A program made the position numbers and the translations under genes. A model generated the notes under the pieces. That model searched no databases, was not told the origin of the DNA, and was given only the letters and a program-made list of their open reading frames with translations. 64,000 bases of DNA from Takakia lepidozioides (lineage: Eukaryota > Plantae > Bryophyta). How positions within the stretch are numbered: the stretch's first letter is position 1; each line of letters starts with the position of its first letter. This document shows, piece after piece, positions 59,891-64,000 of this stretch. Location of the stretch: the NCBI GenBank assembly GCA_030704615.1, contig CM060732.1:7316001-7380000 (forward strand), in the 5' to 3' direction.

Positions 59891-61639
59891 TGGCGCGCAA
59901 GCTTGGTCTTCATCTCGGCAGTACTTCCTAGTGAGTATGTCTCGCCTGCATTCCCTTTGTTGCAATCTCTATATTATTTGCAAAGCAAACCATTCCCATT
60001 TGATTTGTTAACATAAGTATACATGTATGTGTGATGCAGTGAAGGGATTGTGCGGACCATCTACGATAGTCTACCCCAAAGTCCTCTTTCATCGTTTTAT
60101 CTACCTTTGTATGCCGAGTCCCAAGCTTTGCATTCAATACATCAACAACGTGATGTAGGTCTTTCCAATGATCTGTTGTTTGACCGAAGAGCAGTTATTG
60201 TTGGACAATCCGTGGGTAGGTTGCGTAGAGTTGAGGCTTTCATGGATGTGTATGCCTCTGAATCACAGGCTTATGACACGGATGATGAAGTATCAGCTGA
60301 TGATGTTATGTAGGTAATTAGAAATTACATATACAATACATTGTCCTCATTGTCAGTCCGAATTTTTGGTTATTTTTTATTATACATGTATTTCTCTCTA
60401 GTGTAAGGTAAAACAAATGGGGCAAATGACATGGTGTTGAAATCAGATTTCATGTTATCTTCCTGTCATTTGATTTATCTATGTAATAGTTTGTACATAG
60501 ATCTCTACTGCATTTCATAGATCCCTTTACCTGAATGCAAGTTCGACATGCACTTCAACACTATCAAATTTCATCATTAGTAAGATCAACCCTTATGAGT
60601 ATTGTGGCATGTTATGTACACATAGGGTGACTATCTTTATCTCATTAGTGTTTCATTTCATTAGTGTTTCAAGTCTGAATGGGTAGTGTAGTGGTATGAA
60701 CTAGGCTTGATACCCGATAGGTTGTGGGTTCTATCTCTGATGGACATTATGTTTTTGTAAAATAAAAATGTTTCAGAAGATAAATATATAGATACTGCAA
60801 AACCTATGTAACAAGATTAAATGGGTGGTGGTTTGGTAAGGATTATGTTTTTTAAGTTATGAGATTGTGGTTCGATTACCAATCAAAAGTCTTTTTTGTA
60901 AAATTGAATTCCCTTGCGGGCCATCGCCATTTACTACCCAAATGCGCAGGCCGACCATCTCCATCACATTGTCAAGCTCCCTAGCATTCTGAACTTCAAA
61001 CTAGACTCCCACCATTGGAAGAGCCCGTACCTTCACCATTTGTATCTAACAAGGAGCCGTGCCTCGTCACTTTTTAATTTTTCGACCTTTTTTCTCGTGT
61101 TGGAAAGCCATAAAAGCAACATGTTCCTCTCCCATTCCTACACTCACCCATGTGGAAAAATAATACAATGAATATGGAATATTCTATATAGAATATTCTT
61201 ATTCTATCCTTTGATATTTTGACTATGGACCCTAAGATTAGATGAATCACAATTTTATTTTATTTTTTGGGTACCCTTATTTAAGTGTTGTGCATATCAA
61301 ATTGTTCCTATGCATATCTAAAATTTGTATGCACGCATACATTCCTCCATATGCATGCATTTGTGTGCGCATATAGTATAGGCTACCTCATTTGATGCAC
61401 ACACACATTGAAGGTTGTTGTTTGCATTTCGCTTATAATGAAGTGTATGGTTGCAAGGACACATTATAATATATGTCCCTATGTTCATTTGTTCGTATCA
61501 AGACTTTGTCCATCCCTTCCCGGTCTTTTCTCTTGGCACCCCATCCGAAAACAACCCAAGTACATCAGGCGGGAGCCGTGGGCGAGACGCCGCCCCCACG
61601 ATACCGGACGATGATGACGATGACAGTGATAGTGATAGT

Positions 61640-64000
61640 GACAACAAACAATGAGCATGGAATTAACCAGGAGGATGTGTCTCTTAATGCATCATGTGGG
61701 CGCTGATGCATCCCATGAAGAGGGAACCCGGCCAATCCATGATCCTGAAATGGCCCCCTCAAATGACATGGAGAGGGAGGCGAGAACTCCCTTGTACGAA
61801 GGGGCGAAAGTGAGTCGACTTTCAACAATCTTACTTTTGCTCAATCTTCAAATTTGATTTGGCATAAGTAATGTTGGGATGTCTCCCATAATGCAAACTA
61901 TTGCAGACTATATCCTTGCTCCACACTTGAAACCCAAGATGCCACGGTCGCGGAAAGAGGCGCGCGAAGTCTTGGACTCTGTGGGGATGGGCTATAAGAT
62001 TTTTCATGCATGTCCATGTGATAAAACCCTATACTACGGAGAGGATTCGCATCTCACCAAGTGCCCAAAGTGCAAGAAAGACCGATATCGGGATGATGTC
62101 CAAGGGAAAAAAATACCACACAAGGTATAAGCGTCATTCCCCCTCGCATGGAGATTATTAGAGAGTAGTACTCATGCAAGATTTGATTGTGGTTTTGGAA
62201 GGAGTGAGTGAGGAGTGGAAGGAGCGACGTCTGGTTTTGACCCTTCATACCCAAATGAGGGAAATGCTGCATAAAGGGAAAGGCATAAGGGTGTTGTATT
62301 ATGTGTGCTAATGGGATGATTACATGTGGGGAGCGTGGGGTATTTCATCCTAGAAAATGCATTACTTTCCAATCATCCCGCGATTGAGGGCACAGTACCG
62401 AAGCCCCAAATTGGCTAGACTCATGAGATGGCACGCCTCGCATCGGAGCCCCCCGGGAAAGGTGTGCGGGCCACAAGGTTCACAAGCATGGAGGCATATC
62501 GAAGAGATGTGGCCTTGTCTCTTGGAGGACCCACGACATGTCCACCTCGGCTTCTCCTCGGATGGGGTAAACCCATTCTCTGTACAGTCATGTAGTCATT
62601 CCACTTGGCCGGTGACCATGGTGAATTACAACATCCCTCCGTATTTTTCAATTAAAAAAGGCCATATCATGTTGGCTGCCATTGTGCCAGGTGAGTGTAC
62701 TCATTTCATGTTTATTATTGCCTTTGACTTTACATTAAACTTCTGATCTTTGACGCAATTCGGATGCAAGATTGATGAGTGATATAATCATGGAGTAAGA
62801 CGTGTAATTCATTTTGTAGTATAATCTGCATATTGGTGGAGCATTGAAACAATGATGTAAATGTCTCAAAGAGAAAAAAACAAGTGGCAAACATGGACAC
62901 GTACTTGCGACCTCTTGTTGATGAACTTAAAGAGCTATGGAGGGGGGTCCCGGCATTGGATGCTTCACTTGACCCTATGGCCGGACAATCTTTTCAGATG
63001 AGAGGCATCTTGCTTTGGACAATGCATGATTATCCAGGTATATTATGTTCCCCATGAACAACCCGCGTACATTCATTTGTCAATGCCGGATGAGGATGAG
63101 GATTGGGATTGATTGAAGTAGCGGCGACAGTCTTGTGCACCGTAGTGGGGTAGATGGCATTATGGGCCATGCACATGACAACTTTTTGTTTTTGCTAACG
63201 TGGCGGGATGTGTAGTACAAGACTAACTGTTTGCTCGGGGCTAAGCACCAAAGGGTACCATGCTTGCTTGCATTGTGGCGATGATCTTGATGCACATAGC
63301 TCCCGCCATCTTCACAAGATAGTGTATCCCAACTACCGCAAATTTCTTCCTATGAGCCATCGATGGAGAAGAAGAGAGAAACACTTGTTTGATGGCAAAG
63401 AGGAAGTACGTCCCCCCCTATGACACCGTCCGGGCAGTTTTGGGAGGACCAATGGAAGGAAGCCCATGCGGGCACGGACGGTGAAGTGGACGTGCCCGGC
63501 ATGAAATGACTTTCAATCTTCTACGAGTTGCTATATTGGGCGGTACATATTCCACAAAAACACCGTCAATATCCCTAAGCATGCATGTGATATTGCACAT
63601 TTGGTATGCGTTGCATTGTCACTTTCACGTAAAAAAATTTGTGTAAGTCTTTGTGGGTGGGGATATATGTAGGACCTGAAGATTCGCCATCTTCTAGATC
63701 CCATGCATATTGAGAAGAATGTCTGCTCGTCCCTTTTTCGGGTTCTTCATGGCACGCCAGGAGATTCTCTCGGTGTTAGAAAGGAGCTTGAGGAGCAAGG
63801 TCGCATGCGCCATCTATGGGCCGAACAAAATGGTGTGGACCCAAAGGGTGTTGTACGGTGGAAGTATAGGCGCGCACCTTGACAATGGACAAAGGAAGAA
63901 TACAAGAAAGTGATAGCCACCATAAGTGTTGTCCGAACACCAACTGGTTATGGGTCATCCCTCCGTACGAAGTTCAGCGAAGAAGACGGGGTCCATGGTT
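61640..64000 (+). pseudogene. CACTA/En-Spm Tnp2 (Transposase_21-type) transposase, spliced
   Basis: TPLYEG, IFHACPCD...CPKC, YFPIIPRL, SDGVNPF, STWPV..NYNIPP, DTYLRPLVDELK.LW, WTMHDYP, DPMHIEKNV. Stop at 61855. Confidence 0.92.

Noticed and set aside
59891-60313. Ulp1/C48 protease (W..LV.I...IYDSL)
   Set aside because: There is no in-frame catalytic His and no Q...DCG cysteine motif.

Overview
This is eukaryotic DNA (GT-AG introns, plant-type transposons; probably a non-seed land plant, which is an inference). It is a deeply nested transposon graveyard with no recognisable host gene. It contains: (i) three related Ty3/Gypsy (Athila-like) LTR retrotransposons, one complete with TSD at 26687-55211; (ii) a decayed Dualen/RandI-like LINE with APE, RT, chromodomain, amino-MTase-like, RNase H and RLE domains; (iii) a CACTA transposase; and (iv) five copies of a Mutator-like (MULE) DNA transposon with short asymmetric TIRs and 8-9 bp TSDs. 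The MULE is the main candidate for a new system. Its longest copy (38838-51507) has a GCM-like/DDE/SWIM transposase transcribed divergently from a spliced gene joining a ParB/Srx-like domain to a bacterial beta-class N4C/N6A DNA methyltransferase fold. The non-coding parts of the family are filled with AATTTCGGCGCCGAAATT-type palindromes, mostly spaced at whole helical turns (53/64/74/85/96 bp). Two copies also carry an unannotated 'RWNCCxWT' protein family. My hypothesis is a transposon-encoded, sequence-specific epigenetic self-marking or anti-silencing module. All domain calls come from motif reading by eye; no searches were run.
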